Shown piece after piece: positions 29,114 through 36,813 of a stretch of 64,000 nucleotides of DNA. Every line of letters begins with the position of its first letter. Position 1 is the first letter of the stretch. The stretch spans positions 1-64,000 of IMG/VR virus record IMGVR_UViG_3300020473_001965; one strand, written 5' to 3'. Made by a program: the position numbers and the translations under genes. A model generated the notes under the pieces. The model saw only the letters and a list, made by a program, of their open reading frames with translations, had not been told where the DNA came from and made no database searches.

Positions 29114-29387
29114 CCTGCATGAGCCGATTGTATGTCTCCCTAGGGATGAGCTTTCCCTCTACTGTGCCGTCGTAGTTCTTAAAGATAACGAAGTTAAAGC
29201 GATTCGACGGGACAAGCTTAACCAGCTCGCATGCCTGATGCTCATCCTCGGTTGTATAACTACCCATATCCCACAGGATGGTGAACCAGCCGTTGCCATG
29301 AACCTCTGTGACCTTCCCTTGATACTTCCTGCCACCGGCATATGTGATTCGGTCCTCTACCATGTCGCCTACTTTAAGCATTGTCAT
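29109..29387 (-). CDS. MKVGDLV-family KOW/SH3-like protein
   Basis: MLKVGDMV..GKV..ILWD. Confidence 0.7.
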   Translation of the reverse strand: MTMLKVGDMVEDRITYAGGRKYQGKVTEVHGNGWFTILWDMGSYTTEDEHQACELVKLVPSNRFNFVIFKNYDGTVEGKLIPRETYNRLMQA

Positions 29388-29406
29388 ACTCCTGCATTGC
29401 TTAGTG

Positions 29407-29443
29407 ACATTCTTATTATATCCCGCGCCGCGGCGTCTTACAT
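29407..29443 (-). promoter_or_regulatory. Repeated early promoter
   Basis: ATGTAA-N17-TATAAT; core identical to the 32151 copy. Confidence 0.75.
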
Positions 29444-29635
29444 TTAGCTCGTGACAACTGTTAGCCTTTTTTGCTCATGAACCGTTGTAGTGTCGCCTTC
29501 TAAGACTTCCCATGTACAGTACTCAGCATCGTAAGACAGTCGCTTGCGCCGTACGACGACCCCCACCCTGCCAGTGTCCAGCCTTCCTCCCCACCGAGAG
29601 ACCTTCCAGATCTTTACTAGATCACCGACTTTCAT
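29444..29635 (-). CDS. MKVGDLV-family cassette
   Basis: Starts in the ATGAAAGTCGGTGA overlap. Confidence 0.75.
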   Translation of the reverse strand: MKVGDLVKIWKVSRWGGRLDTGRVGVVVRRKRLSYDAEYCTWEVLEGDTTTVHEQKRLTVVTS

Positions 29636-29804
29636 TGATAACCTCTGCATTCACAAAATCAAGATCACTGCGGGTCCACGTATCAAATTCGCCATCAATA
29701 AGAAATTCAAACTTATAGCCATCTGCCCATGTACAAACACCAATCCAGCTGTGGCGATCCATTTCAGTGATATAATCTACTTTGACGCAATCACCGACTT
29801 TCAC
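29622..29804 (-). CDS. MKVGDLV-family cassette
   Basis: MKVGDCV...EVINESR. Confidence 0.75.
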   Translation of the reverse strand: MKVGDCVKVDYITEMDRHSWIGVCTWADGYKFEFLIDGEFDTWTRSDLDFVNAEVINESR

Positions 29805-29952
29805 TGATCACCTCTAAATCACGCAGAGAAAATTTCTCGCCACAATGCAGGATTACCCACGGGTGCCTTCGCGCCATGGGATTATCAGTAACAATCTCCA
29901 TAATTATTCCAGTTGTTCCATTTTTTAGTCTTACTAGATCACCGACTTGCAT
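29791..29952 (-). CDS. MKVGDLV-family cassette, 53 aa (not in ORF track)
   Basis: Hand-translated MQVGDLVRLK...LEVISESR. Confidence 0.75.
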   Translation of the reverse strand: MQVGDLVRLKNGTTGIIMEIVTDNPMARRHPWVILHCGEKFSLRDLEVISESR

Positions 29953-30118
29953 CGATCACCTCTTCAATTTGTGTATAGTGAAAAGCCTTCAACACACCGT
30001 CAACTTTGATAATAGGGTTCTTGAACGAATCCAGATCGACGACTAGTCCCAACTTGCCAGCTGAAGGACCGTTCCTTCGTGTCGAGTCGTGAAGCTTTAC
30101 TAGATCACCGACCTTCAT
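29939..30118 (-). CDS. MKVGDLV-family cassette, 59 aa (not in ORF track)
   Basis: Hand-translated MKVGDLVKLH...EEVIDASR. Confidence 0.75.
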   Translation of the reverse strand: MKVGDLVKLHDSTRRNGPSAGKLGLVVDLDSFKNPIIKVDGVLKAFHYTQIEEVIDASR

Positions 30119-30275
30119 TAATCACCTCAATCTGAGTCTCTGGCCAGACAACCATCGATCCATCACAGTCTAGAATATCCCACCAGCCTTCTGCAAACTC
30201 ACCATAACTGACTAGCACTCCGATTCGCTCTTTGTCGAAAGAGCCCATAAACTTTACAATGTCACCGACTTTCAT
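30105..30275 (-). CDS. MKVGDLV-family cassette, 56 aa (not in ORF track)
   Basis: Hand-translated MKVGDIVKF...IEVINEGR. Confidence 0.75.
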   Translation of the reverse strand: MKVGDIVKFMGSFDKERIGVLVSYGEFAEGWWDILDCDGSMVVWPETQIEVINEGR

Positions 30276-30465
30276 TGATGACCTCCATCAGAGATACCAT
30301 TGACTGGGTGAAGTCTCCGTTGTCCCAAAGGACGTCTGCACTCAGTTGCTTCCTCGTGCGACCACTGGTCCAGACCTGCATGACGACACCTGTCTGTCTC
30401 TCACCCGGTGTCACCGTCGATCCCCAAGTGCCTTTAAACTTTATCAGATCTCCAACCTTCAGCAC
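30262..30465 (-). CDS. MKVGDLV-family cassette
   Basis: MLKVGDLI...VLWDNG...EVINESR. Confidence 0.75.
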   Translation of the reverse strand: MLKVGDLIKFKGTWGSTVTPGERQTGVVMQVWTSGRTRKQLSADVLWDNGDFTQSMVSLMEVINESR

Positions 30466-30650
30466 ACCTTCTCCAACTCATCCTCGTCAAACTCAGCGAC
30501 CTGACCCAGAACCATGACTTTGGCTGCGGGAATGTAGAGCCGCTTTGCCAAAGCAATGACCACACCGATCTGGCCTTCTGCTTCCGGCCATGCAGAATGG
30601 ACACTGTTGTCATGAAGAATCCTGACCATGTCTCCTACAGCCAACTCCAC
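30459..30650 (-). CDS. MKVGDLV-family cassette
   Basis: ELAVGDMVRI..GVVI. Confidence 0.7.
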   Translation of the reverse strand: MELAVGDMVRILHDNSVHSAWPEAEGQIGVVIALAKRLYIPAAKVMVLGQVAEFDEDELEKVC

Positions 30651-30651
30651 T

Positions 30652-30765
30652 TCAGCACCCCACACAGTGCATGCACCATGGCATGTTGCAGGCTACCGCG
30701 ATGATGGCGGGAACGATTGCGATGATTGCGAGTGTTCTAGTGATGTCTTGAGCAGCTTGTGCCAT
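30652..30765 (-). CDS. 37-aa membrane peptide ending CMHCVGC (not in ORF track)
   Basis: MAQAAQDITRTLAIIAIVPAIIAVACNMPWCMHCVGC; GAGG RBS. Confidence 0.65.
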   Translation of the reverse strand: MAQAAQDITRTLAIIAIVPAIIAVACNMPWCMHCVGC

Positions 30766-30805
30766 TTTGAGTACCTCTTGGTGAGAGTGACGTAAGGCGT
30801 TTCCT

Positions 30806-30846
30806 CCTTACATTCTTATAATACCACGCTCACCCGAGTCTTACAC
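30806..30846 (-). promoter_or_regulatory. Repeated early promoter
   Basis: GTGTAA-N17-TATTAT with TG extension, ends GTAAGG. Confidence 0.8.
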
Positions 30847-31020
30847 TAACTCAAGCCACTCCGCCTTGACACACCACTGGCGTCCGTCTTCCCACATAAC
30901 GAGAATGTTGTCGTCTCTCATAAACTTCGGGAGGATCTTGACAACCAATCCGGAATGCGCGCGGTCTGGTTTGTGGCTGTACTTTACTAGAGAGCCTTCT
31001 TCGATTCTGGCTTTACCCAT
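30841..31020 (-). CDS. MKVGDLV-family cassette, 59 aa (not in ORF track)
   Basis: MGKARIEEGSLVKY..GLVV..VMWEDG..WLELV. Confidence 0.7.
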   Translation of the reverse strand: MGKARIEEGSLVKYSHKPDRAHSGLVVKILPKFMRDDNILVMWEDGRQWCVKAEWLELV

Positions 31021-31220
31021 ACTCCCTCCTTCATCCAGTAGTCGACGTCGCTACGAGAGACACCTTCAATTGAAGTCTCCAACGTCGTCCCCGGGATACC
31101 TGACCACAAGACCTCTACCCAATCACACGCTTCAGCGAACTCTTCGTCCGAGTCATAGGGCGTGATGTCCAGGATCACACCCGTCTCATCACCGCACTGC
31201 ACCAAGTCACCGACTTTCAC
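30987..31220 (-). CDS. MKVGDLV-family cassette
   Basis: MKVGDLV..GVIL..VLW. Confidence 0.75.
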   Translation of the reverse strand: MKVGDLVQCGDETGVILDITPYDSDEEFAEACDWVEVLWSGIPGTTLETSIEGVSRSDVDYWMKEGVWVKPESKKAL

Positions 31221-31410
31221 TGACTACCTCCAAAAACATTTCTTTCACTCTTCGCGTTGTCCCTGTCTCAGGCCACATGACGTGTACGATGTTGTACATA
31301 GAGTGCAGCCCTTGATCCTCATGCTTGACGACGATGCCGTGACCAGGTGGGTAGGCATGGATCCGACTCGAGTAGTTAACTATCTTTACTAGATCACCGA
31401 CTTTCATCAA
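31207..31410 (-). CDS. MKVGDLV-family cassette
   Basis: MKVGDLV...LEVVSESR. Confidence 0.75.
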   Translation of the reverse strand: MMKVGDLVKIVNYSSRIHAYPPGHGIVVKHEDQGLHSMYNIVHVMWPETGTTRRVKEMFLEVVSESR

Positions 31411-31624
31411 TCACCTCGAGCTCCACCACCGGGATGTTCAATTTGCAGTCGTCGTACATCACAACTGCATGCAGCTCCGGGTCTACCTCTCGCCAGTCAA
31501 TCATTGGACCCAGCTCATCTGTCCGCCAGACTTTCTTCTGAATCGTGTCGACAACAATTCCCGTACGGGTCGCGACCTGTTTTTCATCGATCTTCTTTAG
31601 TCTTACCAAATCACCTGTCTTCAT
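31394..31624 (-). CDS. MKVGDLV-family cassette
   Basis: MKTGDLV...LEVIDESR. Confidence 0.75.
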   Translation of the reverse strand: MKTGDLVRLKKIDEKQVATRTGIVVDTIQKKVWRTDELGPMIDWREVDPELHAVVMYDDCKLNIPVVELEVIDESR

Positions 31625-31802
31625 GTACTCTCTCCACTCTTTCTCGCATAATCCAGTTGCACCTGCCATCAGCCCACAGTACGACTGGGTCACGCCTCCC
31701 CGGCCGTGGGTCTGATCCTTGATTGTCTGACCAATCGATAACAACCCCTGTCATCCGACTCTCCGAAAAGAGGTTCTTCACTAAGTCACCAATCTTCAGC
31801 AT
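31611..31802 (-). CDS. MKVGDLV-family cassette
   Basis: MLKIGDLV..VLWADG..HEDR. Confidence 0.75.
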   Translation of the reverse strand: MLKIGDLVKNLFSESRMTGVVIDWSDNQGSDPRPGRRDPVVLWADGRCNWIMRERVERVHEDR

Positions 31803-31972
31803 GCCAATCTCAACTCGTCTTCCCATACACCAATCATATGCCCATCGTCCCAAAGGATCACGCAGAAACAGTACTCACCGTTAACTGTGTGCTCGGTTTC
31901 GACAACAATGCCAACCGGAAGTCCTTCGACCCCCGGTTCGCGTTTCATCTGTACGAGATCTCCTACGTTCAC
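31796..31972 (-). CDS. MKVGDLV-family cassette, 58 aa (not in ORF track)
   Basis: GTG start NVGDLVQM..GIVV..ILWDDG. Confidence 0.7.
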   Translation of the reverse strand: MNVGDLVQMKREPGVEGLPVGIVVETEHTVNGEYCFCVILWDDGHMIGVWEDELRLAC

Positions 31973-31983
31973 TCAGCTCTCCG

Positions 31984-32103
31984 TCAGTGTCCTGGGCAGT
32001 GCATGCAAAGATCGAGCACTTCAGCCAAAACGATGATTGTTGGGAACATAGCGACGATCACCGTTCCAGTGATCTGATCTTGATATTTCTTGAGTGTTTC
32101 CAT
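31984..32103 (-). CDS. 39-aa membrane peptide ending CMHCPGH (not in ORF track)
   Basis: METLKKYQDQITGTVIVAMFPTIIVLAEVLDLCMHCPGH; AAGGA RBS. Confidence 0.65.
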   Translation of the reverse strand: METLKKYQDQITGTVIVAMFPTIIVLAEVLDLCMHCPGH

Positions 32104-32150
32104 TGTCTCTTCCTTGGTGAGGAGGTTACGTTAGTAAGGTTGTTTTCCTT

Positions 32151-32191
32151 CCTTACATTCTTATTATATCCCGCGCCGCGGCGTCTTACAC
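32151..32191 (-). promoter_or_regulatory. Repeated early promoter
   Basis: 41-bp family copy. Confidence 0.8.
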
Positions 32192-32195
32192 TGGA

Positions 32196-32390
32196 TTACT
32201 CAGATTCCTTTACCACCTCGAGCCAGTCAGCCGGCTCCCAGTCTACGACCAGAGAGTCACACCACATCACACCGACTCGCCGCATGTTCCCACTAATCTT
32301 CTGGCGATCGTCAACAATTAGTCCAACCGATGGCGGCTCACCGCATGGGATCGATTCACCCGGCATTATGACGAGATCACCGGCTTTCAC
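32196..32390 (-). CDS. MKVGDLV-family cassette
   Basis: MKAGDLV..GLIV..VMW..WLEVV. Confidence 0.75.
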   Translation of the reverse strand: MKAGDLVIMPGESIPCGEPPSVGLIVDDRQKISGNMRRVGVMWCDSLVVDWEPADWLEVVKESE

Positions 32391-32690
32391 TTACGCCTCC
32401 CCCGACGCAGAGGACGACCCAGTCTCGGGTTGCGCTTCTTTACGAAGTTCCGATCGTGGTACCAAGCAGCACCGCAAGCCAGCAACACCGAGAACATCAG
32501 CATCATGAACGCTGAGAACTGAAAAAAGAATGATACTTCAGGACAATACATTATGCTGCTACCCTCCGAAACTTGAGGCGCACGTTCTTCGCTCCGCGAC
32601 TGCGCCAGATGTTGAACTGCCTGAAAGCCTCATCGCAGCTGTACGTGCCACTGTAGTGGCCACCGATAAACAACTCGTACTTGACCCGCA

Positions 32691-32858
32691 CTACTTCACC
32701 TCAGTGAGCGCGCTGGGAATGTGACGAGACAAATGATTTGACATGTCCCACTTGACGAGAATGATCGGGGTCTCATTGCCCCACTTCTTAGTCTTCGCCA
32801 ACACCCGACCAATTTGGCCGGGATAGCTGACATGCGTTACGCGAGCTCCAACCTTCAT
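32691..32858 (-). CDS. MKVGDLV-family cassette
   Basis: MKVGARV..GRV..VKWD. Confidence 0.7.
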   Translation of the reverse strand: MKVGARVTHVSYPGQIGRVLAKTKKWGNETPIILVKWDMSNHLSRHIPSALTEVK

Positions 32859-32950
32859 GAGATCACCTGTGCGATCGCCATGCAAACGCCGAGCTCTGAG
32901 ACGACGCCGAGGTATCCGAGAAGAATGTAGTTTCCGATTTGTTCAGTCAT
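32855..32950 (-). CDS. 31-aa hydrophobic peptide (not in ORF track)
   Basis: MTEQIGNYILLGYLGVVSELGVCMAIAQVIS; AAGGA RBS. Confidence 0.55.
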   Translation of the reverse strand: MTEQIGNYILLGYLGVVSELGVCMAIAQVIS

Positions 32951-32990
32951 GTTATTTCCTTGGTGAGGAGTTGATTTGTGGTAGGACCAT

Positions 32991-33031
32991 CCCTACATTT
33001 ATATAATACCACAACTTACCAAGTCTTACAT
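32991..33031 (-). promoter_or_regulatory. Repeated early promoter
   Basis: 41-bp family copy. Confidence 0.75.
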
Positions 33032-33107
33032 GAAAAAGCGAGGGATGATTCGTCTACCAACGTCGGAAGGCAGCATCCTCCGAATCTCGGCTCTCCCTCG
33101 GGAACCA

Positions 33108-33395
33108 TTACTGTTTATTATCTTCCTGTTTTCCCATTGGCGTATACCAGCTGGGCTTATTTTGCTCCATAATGATTGAAGCCTCCTTCATTATCTGCAG
33201 AATCTTGTCCGCTTGCTCCTCTGCTGTGCCGTTCACAAAACCTTCCAGCTCCTGCGGATGCGCTTCGAAGTAAAGCCGTCCGACCGTCATCTTCTCAGCT
33301 TCGGTCATCGACTCAACATTCCAGTACTTGTCTATGGCACACTTCTTCTTCCATGCGTAGTAAGCAGTGCACCCTCCAATAATCAGCTCTATCAT
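33108..33395 (-). CDS. Hypothetical protein
   Basis: ATGA-coupled to the upstream gene. Confidence 0.55.
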   Translation of the reverse strand: MIELIIGGCTAYYAWKKKCAIDKYWNVESMTEAEKMTVGRLYFEAHPQELEGFVNGTAEEQADKILQIMKEASIIMEQNKPSWYTPMGKQEDNKQ

Positions 33396-34153
33396 CGCCG
33401 GGACTGCCTTTTGCGCAGTCGCTTCGAGCTCACCGTCTGAGGCAATCCGTTGCACAAGATATCTTGCACGACTTCTGAGTATTGCGCTGTCACGTACGGG
33501 TCACTCGTTACAATAGCAGCATCATTATTCCATACCGCCAAGTCACCCTCAGAAAAACGAGGCTCAGTCAGGGTCTTAACAGCACCCTTGAACATGTTCT
33601 TGAGGCGGGACAACGCGCGGTTATCGAGAGTCCCGTGTGTGTCGTAGAACGCTTGAGCTGAACGATACTGCCTATAGTGACCCTGACGATGCTGCCAGTA
33701 CCAGTCACCGCGCTTCGTCCCATAGATGAGAAGTGCCTCTACGAGTCGTCGCTCATCATCGGTGAGCACGGGCAGACCATTGTCAGCCAACTCTTTGGCT
33801 TGTTCCAAGAGGCTAGTTAGAAAAGCCTCTTGCTTCGGGGAAAGTCGCCAGCCCTTCGACAACTTGTACTTGAAGTCACCGAGTGGTCCGGCCATGGCCT
33901 CCATCCCGGGCGTCACCATTGCTCGCTCAATCTCCGCAGTACGGTCAGCGTTATGAACGACAGGAGCACCCTGCTCGATCAGGCTGTCCAAGTACTTACG
34001 CTGGCCGGCCGAAAGACCCTTGTTGCGCTCGAGACGCGCGATCATGTCAGTCACGAATCGAGCCGACTTGTCATGCTCCATCCCAGCGTCAACCCAAAGC
34101 ACTAGCGTCTCCTTGGCCTCGCGCAACCGAACTTCCCGAGATTTCCTAGCCAT
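33392..34153 (-). CDS. Hypothetical early protein with C-terminal KOW-like segment
   Basis: GGAGG RBS; FSEGDLAVW..AIV. Confidence 0.7.
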   Translation of the reverse strand: MARKSREVRLREAKETLVLWVDAGMEHDKSARFVTDMIARLERNKGLSAGQRKYLDSLIEQGAPVVHNADRTAEIERAMVTPGMEAMAGPLGDFKYKLSKGWRLSPKQEAFLTSLLEQAKELADNGLPVLTDDERRLVEALLIYGTKRGDWYWQHRQGHYRQYRSAQAFYDTHGTLDNRALSRLKNMFKGAVKTLTEPRFSEGDLAVWNNDAAIVTSDPYVTAQYSEVVQDILCNGLPQTVSSKRLRKRQSRR

Positions 34154-34286
34154 TATCGACCTCCATCGATGAGAATAAAAAGTGTCATGACAACCGGTAG
34201 CGGCCACCAAAGTTTCAGAAGTTTCAAAGCGACCTGTCCCATCAGGATCCAGGTACCAGCATCAGCAAGATTCTCCACAGCGTTCT

Positions 34287-34327
34287 CCTTACTTTCTAAT
34301 AATATCACGCTATGGCTTATCTTACAC
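34287..34327 (-). promoter_or_regulatory. Repeated early promoter
   Basis: 41-bp family copy. Confidence 0.8.
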
Positions 34328-34542
34328 TAAGCTGTCATCATTTCTTTGGGTACTTTAGCTTTTGTCTCAATCTCATTGAGGAGCCGACTGAGAGACGTCA
34401 CCTCGTCGACTTCTTGTTCAAACGTAGCACCGTCAGCTAGTCGCTGCCTGCATGCTTGGTAAGCTTTATTTAGTTTCGTCCAACGCTCGAGTTCTGCGAG
34501 CCCGAGGTTCGTGTATACATACGACGCAGCAGATCCCATCAT
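34327..34542 (-). CDS. Hypothetical protein
   Basis: GGAG RBS. Confidence 0.55.
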   Translation of the reverse strand: MMGSAASYVYTNLGLAELERWTKLNKAYQACRQRLADGATFEQEVDEVTSLSRLLNEIETKAKVPKEMMTA

Positions 34543-34552
34543 TATCTCCGTT

Positions 34553-34840
34553 CTAAACTAGTTTGATGAGTTTTATCGAATTGAGCGCCTGCTCCAGGTA
34601 GATCCTTTGTTGTTTGAGTTGTGCTACCTGTGTGTCAATAGTGGCACCTGACTCATGCAGGCAACCGAGTGGTGCCAAGTCTGCTTCTGTTCCTTTGCGC
34701 TCGAGTTGATCGACTACAAGTGAGATCCGCGAGCGAATGTTTGTGAGATTTGTCTTGAGCGTAATCGCAGTCTTTTCAAGTGCAGCTCTAGCTTCACCCA
34801 TCTCCTGCGCCATTACAGCCAGCTTGTCATAATCTTCCAT
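34553..34840 (-). CDS. Hypothetical coiled-coil protein
   Basis: Directly after a promoter-like GTGTAC..TACAAT. Confidence 0.6.
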   Translation of the reverse strand: MEDYDKLAVMAQEMGEARAALEKTAITLKTNLTNIRSRISLVVDQLERKGTEADLAPLGCLHESGATIDTQVAQLKQQRIYLEQALNSIKLIKLV

Positions 34841-34890
34841 GCTTTATTGTATCGTGAACACACTATAGTGTACACCTGAAAGCAAACTTT

Positions 34891-35091
34891 TTATTGAGTC
34901 GCCGACTCCGCCTCATCTTCTTCGTTCCACATGATGAAACAACCGATCGTAGTGATGGGAATCCAGAAAACTGCAGGACCCCATGACACCCAAGAGTGAG
35001 CATCGACTCCAAACAGTTGCACGAACCATGCCCAACCGCACGGTGGAATCCAACAGGCGGTGACCCATTCAACAAAACGAGGTGGCAACAT
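34891..35091 (-). CDS. Trp-rich membrane protein
   Basis: AAGGAG RBS; hydrophobic. Confidence 0.55.
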   Translation of the reverse strand: MLPPRFVEWVTACWIPPCGWAWFVQLFGVDAHSWVSWGPAVFWIPITTIGCFIMWNEEDEAESATQ

Positions 35092-35196
35092 TACTGATCT
35101 CCTTGATAAACAGTTTTATGCTTTTGCTTTCTTGTATACTTCTTAGGGCTGTGAGCACCCGCTCCGGTTCTGAAGTGCGCTTGCACAGCGACCCAG

Positions 35197-35526
35197 TTAC
35201 GGGGCTTCGGAGTCTTTGGTGATTTCTTCTTCTTCTTTGCCATTGCAAGAGTCCTTTCCTAACTGTTCTATTGTACCATAGTCAGGCTCGCAATACACTA
35301 AAAGATCAGATAAAAGTTGGAGCTCTTTCTGATACATGTGACACTGTTGTGCGCGACGCAAGATATCATTGTTAGAGCCGTAGTAACCGTCTTCTCCTCG
35401 CGATTCTATGCGTCTCTGCAGATCGTGAGCCGCGTCGAGCAGCCCTTTAAGTGATCGATCGACTGCATCTAGAACCCACCTCTTGCGCTCTAGAATGTAC
35501 TCAGATTCTTTCTTCTTCTCGCCCAT
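35197..35526 (-). CDS. Hypothetical protein
   Basis: ORF track. Confidence 0.6.
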   Translation of the reverse strand: MGEKKKESEYILERKRWVLDAVDRSLKGLLDAAHDLQRRIESRGEDGYYGSNNDILRRAQQCHMYQKELQLLSDLLVYCEPDYGTIEQLGKDSCNGKEEEEITKDSEAP

Positions 35527-35539
35527 GTATCAACTCATG

Positions 35540-35818
35540 TCACTCCGCAGGAGTCATCTGTGTAGCACGTAGGCGGTCCAGATGTACTCTCTGGAGTTCA
35601 CCGTTACTAAGCACGTCGTACATTTCGTCTTCGTACCATTTCATCGGTCGGCCTTCGCCCCAGTACGACTCGACGACTCTTTCAATGACAAGACCATCAA
35701 CCCACAGCCACTCGTCGAAGCCTTCTAGTTGAGTAGTAGCAACCCAGACTTGTTCGCCCAATTCGAATCGCCAGCGGTTGTTCGCCGTAAACTTCTCTTC
35801 TGCGTTTTTGTCTCTCAT
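35540..35818 (-). CDS. KOW/SH3-like hypothetical protein
   Basis: FELGEQVWV..GLVI..YDVL. Confidence 0.6.
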   Translation of the reverse strand: MRDKNAEEKFTANNRWRFELGEQVWVATTQLEGFDEWLWVDGLVIERVVESYWGEGRPMKWYEDEMYDVLSNGELQRVHLDRLRATQMTPAE

Positions 35819-35834
35819 TTTACTGCTTTCTTTT

Positions 35835-35921
35835 TGGTAGGACAGGCGGGACTCGAACCCGCATGCTCATTCGAGCGAGAGATTTTAAGTCTCTTGTGTC
35901 TACCGATTCCACCACTGTCCC
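35835..35921 (-). tRNA. tRNA-Leu(UAA)
   Basis: Cloverleaf with long variable arm, loop CTTAAAA, CCA. Confidence 0.95.
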
Positions 35922-35927
35922 GAGTTT

Positions 35928-36005
35928 TGGTAGGCTCACCGGGACTCGAACCCGGAACCCGCAGTTTATGAGACTGCTGCTCTAACCTGATTGAGCTATG
36001 AGCCT
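35928..36005 (-). tRNA. tRNA with CAU anticodon, probably Ile2 (alternatively elongator Met)
   Basis: Cloverleaf, loop CTCATAA, AGGCTCA acceptor resembles Ile tRNAs, CCA. Confidence 0.9.
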
Positions 36006-36014
36006 GTAAGATGT

Positions 36015-36130
36015 GAGACACCTGTTTGTTAGTCGATAATAGTTGTATGCGCGTTAATAACCGACTGCTAGGCTGTGCCTCCCTGCGCCCGGGCGAGCGT
36101 TTGTGTCCCTGACCTAATGTCTCCGCCGCC
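36015..36130 (-). ncRNA. Candidate small structured RNA between tRNA-Lys and tRNA(CAU)
   Basis: GAGACA..TGTCTC closing stem, AGTCGGT..ATCGACT; upstream promoter-like ATGAAC..TACGAT. Confidence 0.4.
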
Positions 36131-36177
36131 ACTCTTTATCGTACCGCGCTCCCCGTCAATGTTCATGCCAAAAGTAA

Positions 36178-36253
36178 TGGTGGGCCGTCCGAGACTCGAA
36201 CTCGGAACCTGCGGATTAAAAGTCCGATGCTCTGCCGGTTGAGCTAACGGCCC
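36178..36253 (-). tRNA. tRNA-Lys(UUU)
   Basis: Cloverleaf, loop CTTTTAA, CCA. Confidence 0.95.
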
Positions 36254-36257
36254 GTAC

Positions 36258-36692
36258 GATAGAGTTCCCAGCTTCTCTATCTAGACACAGCCTGTAAAGT
36301 CAGTACTTCGACTACGCTTACGCAACCACGAGATAGCTTACTGCTCGTAAGTCTTACCCACTATCTCTCTGGCCTGTGTCCCCCACTATAAGAAAGAGCT
36401 TTGGTGAGTTGGCACGTATCCCAGTACCCGTTCGCTCACCCTTGTGTTTCGGAAGTGCTCTACCCTCCCGATCTTCGCCGCCCCTCCCTTGTGCACAGGG
36501 AATGGCATTGAAAATGTAAAGTGAAGAGGAGGTAGGAATCCGTTTAGTTCGGCCGAGACATGCGGTTGGTGCATCATGCCTCTCGGTGCCGCGGACCTCT
36601 TGTGACCACCAATACGTCACTCACCGTCAGCTTCTTTGTTCGACGACTGCCGATTCCTACCAGTTCCTCGGACCGCTAAATCCAAGGCCTCT
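36258..36692 (-). ncRNA. Candidate structured ncRNA(s) in the tRNA operon leader
   Basis: Long-range GGTAGGAATC/GATTCCTACC, CCGAGA/TCTCGG, GGTGAG/CTCACC, GACACAG/CTGTGTC and GAGATAG/CTATCTC helices; no credible ORF. Confidence 0.6.
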
Positions 36693-36696
36693 AAAT

Positions 36697-36731
36697 TGTC
36701 AAAGAGCGGAGAGGACCTAATCTTTCGATTC
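36697..36731 (-). promoter_or_regulatory. boxB-like GAAA hairpin plus boxA (CGCTCTTTGACA) antitermination site
   Basis: Resembles rrn leader arrangement; lies between promoter and RNA genes. Confidence 0.6.
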
Positions 36732-36767
36732 CAGACGGCTGAACCATCAGCGCGAGCAGTGTCCTTT

Positions 36768-36808
36768 CCTTACTTTCTTATTCTACCACGTTTGGGGGGT
36801 TTTTACAT
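36768..36808 (-). promoter_or_regulatory. Repeated early promoter
   Basis: ATGTAA-N17-TAGAAT, 41-bp family. Confidence 0.8.
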
Positions 36809-36813
36809 CAAAA

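Noticed and set aside
29444-31418. Junction repeats as a CRISPR array
   Set aside because: Spacers are about 130-200 nt and protein-coding, repeats are degenerate, and no cas genes are present.
31921-31940. Possible frameshift at a G-run in cassette 31796-31972
   Set aside because: Recounting gives five G residues, so the frame is intact.
29109-32890. Integron cassette array or diversity-generating retroelement
   Set aside because: No attC-type inverted repeats, integrase, reverse transcriptase or adenine-specific TR/VR pair is visible in the window.
36060-36125. c-di-GMP-I riboswitch or theta-ribozyme resemblance
   Set aside because: Only vague similarity; the diagnostic GNRA/receptor and HDV pseudoknot could not be built by eye.
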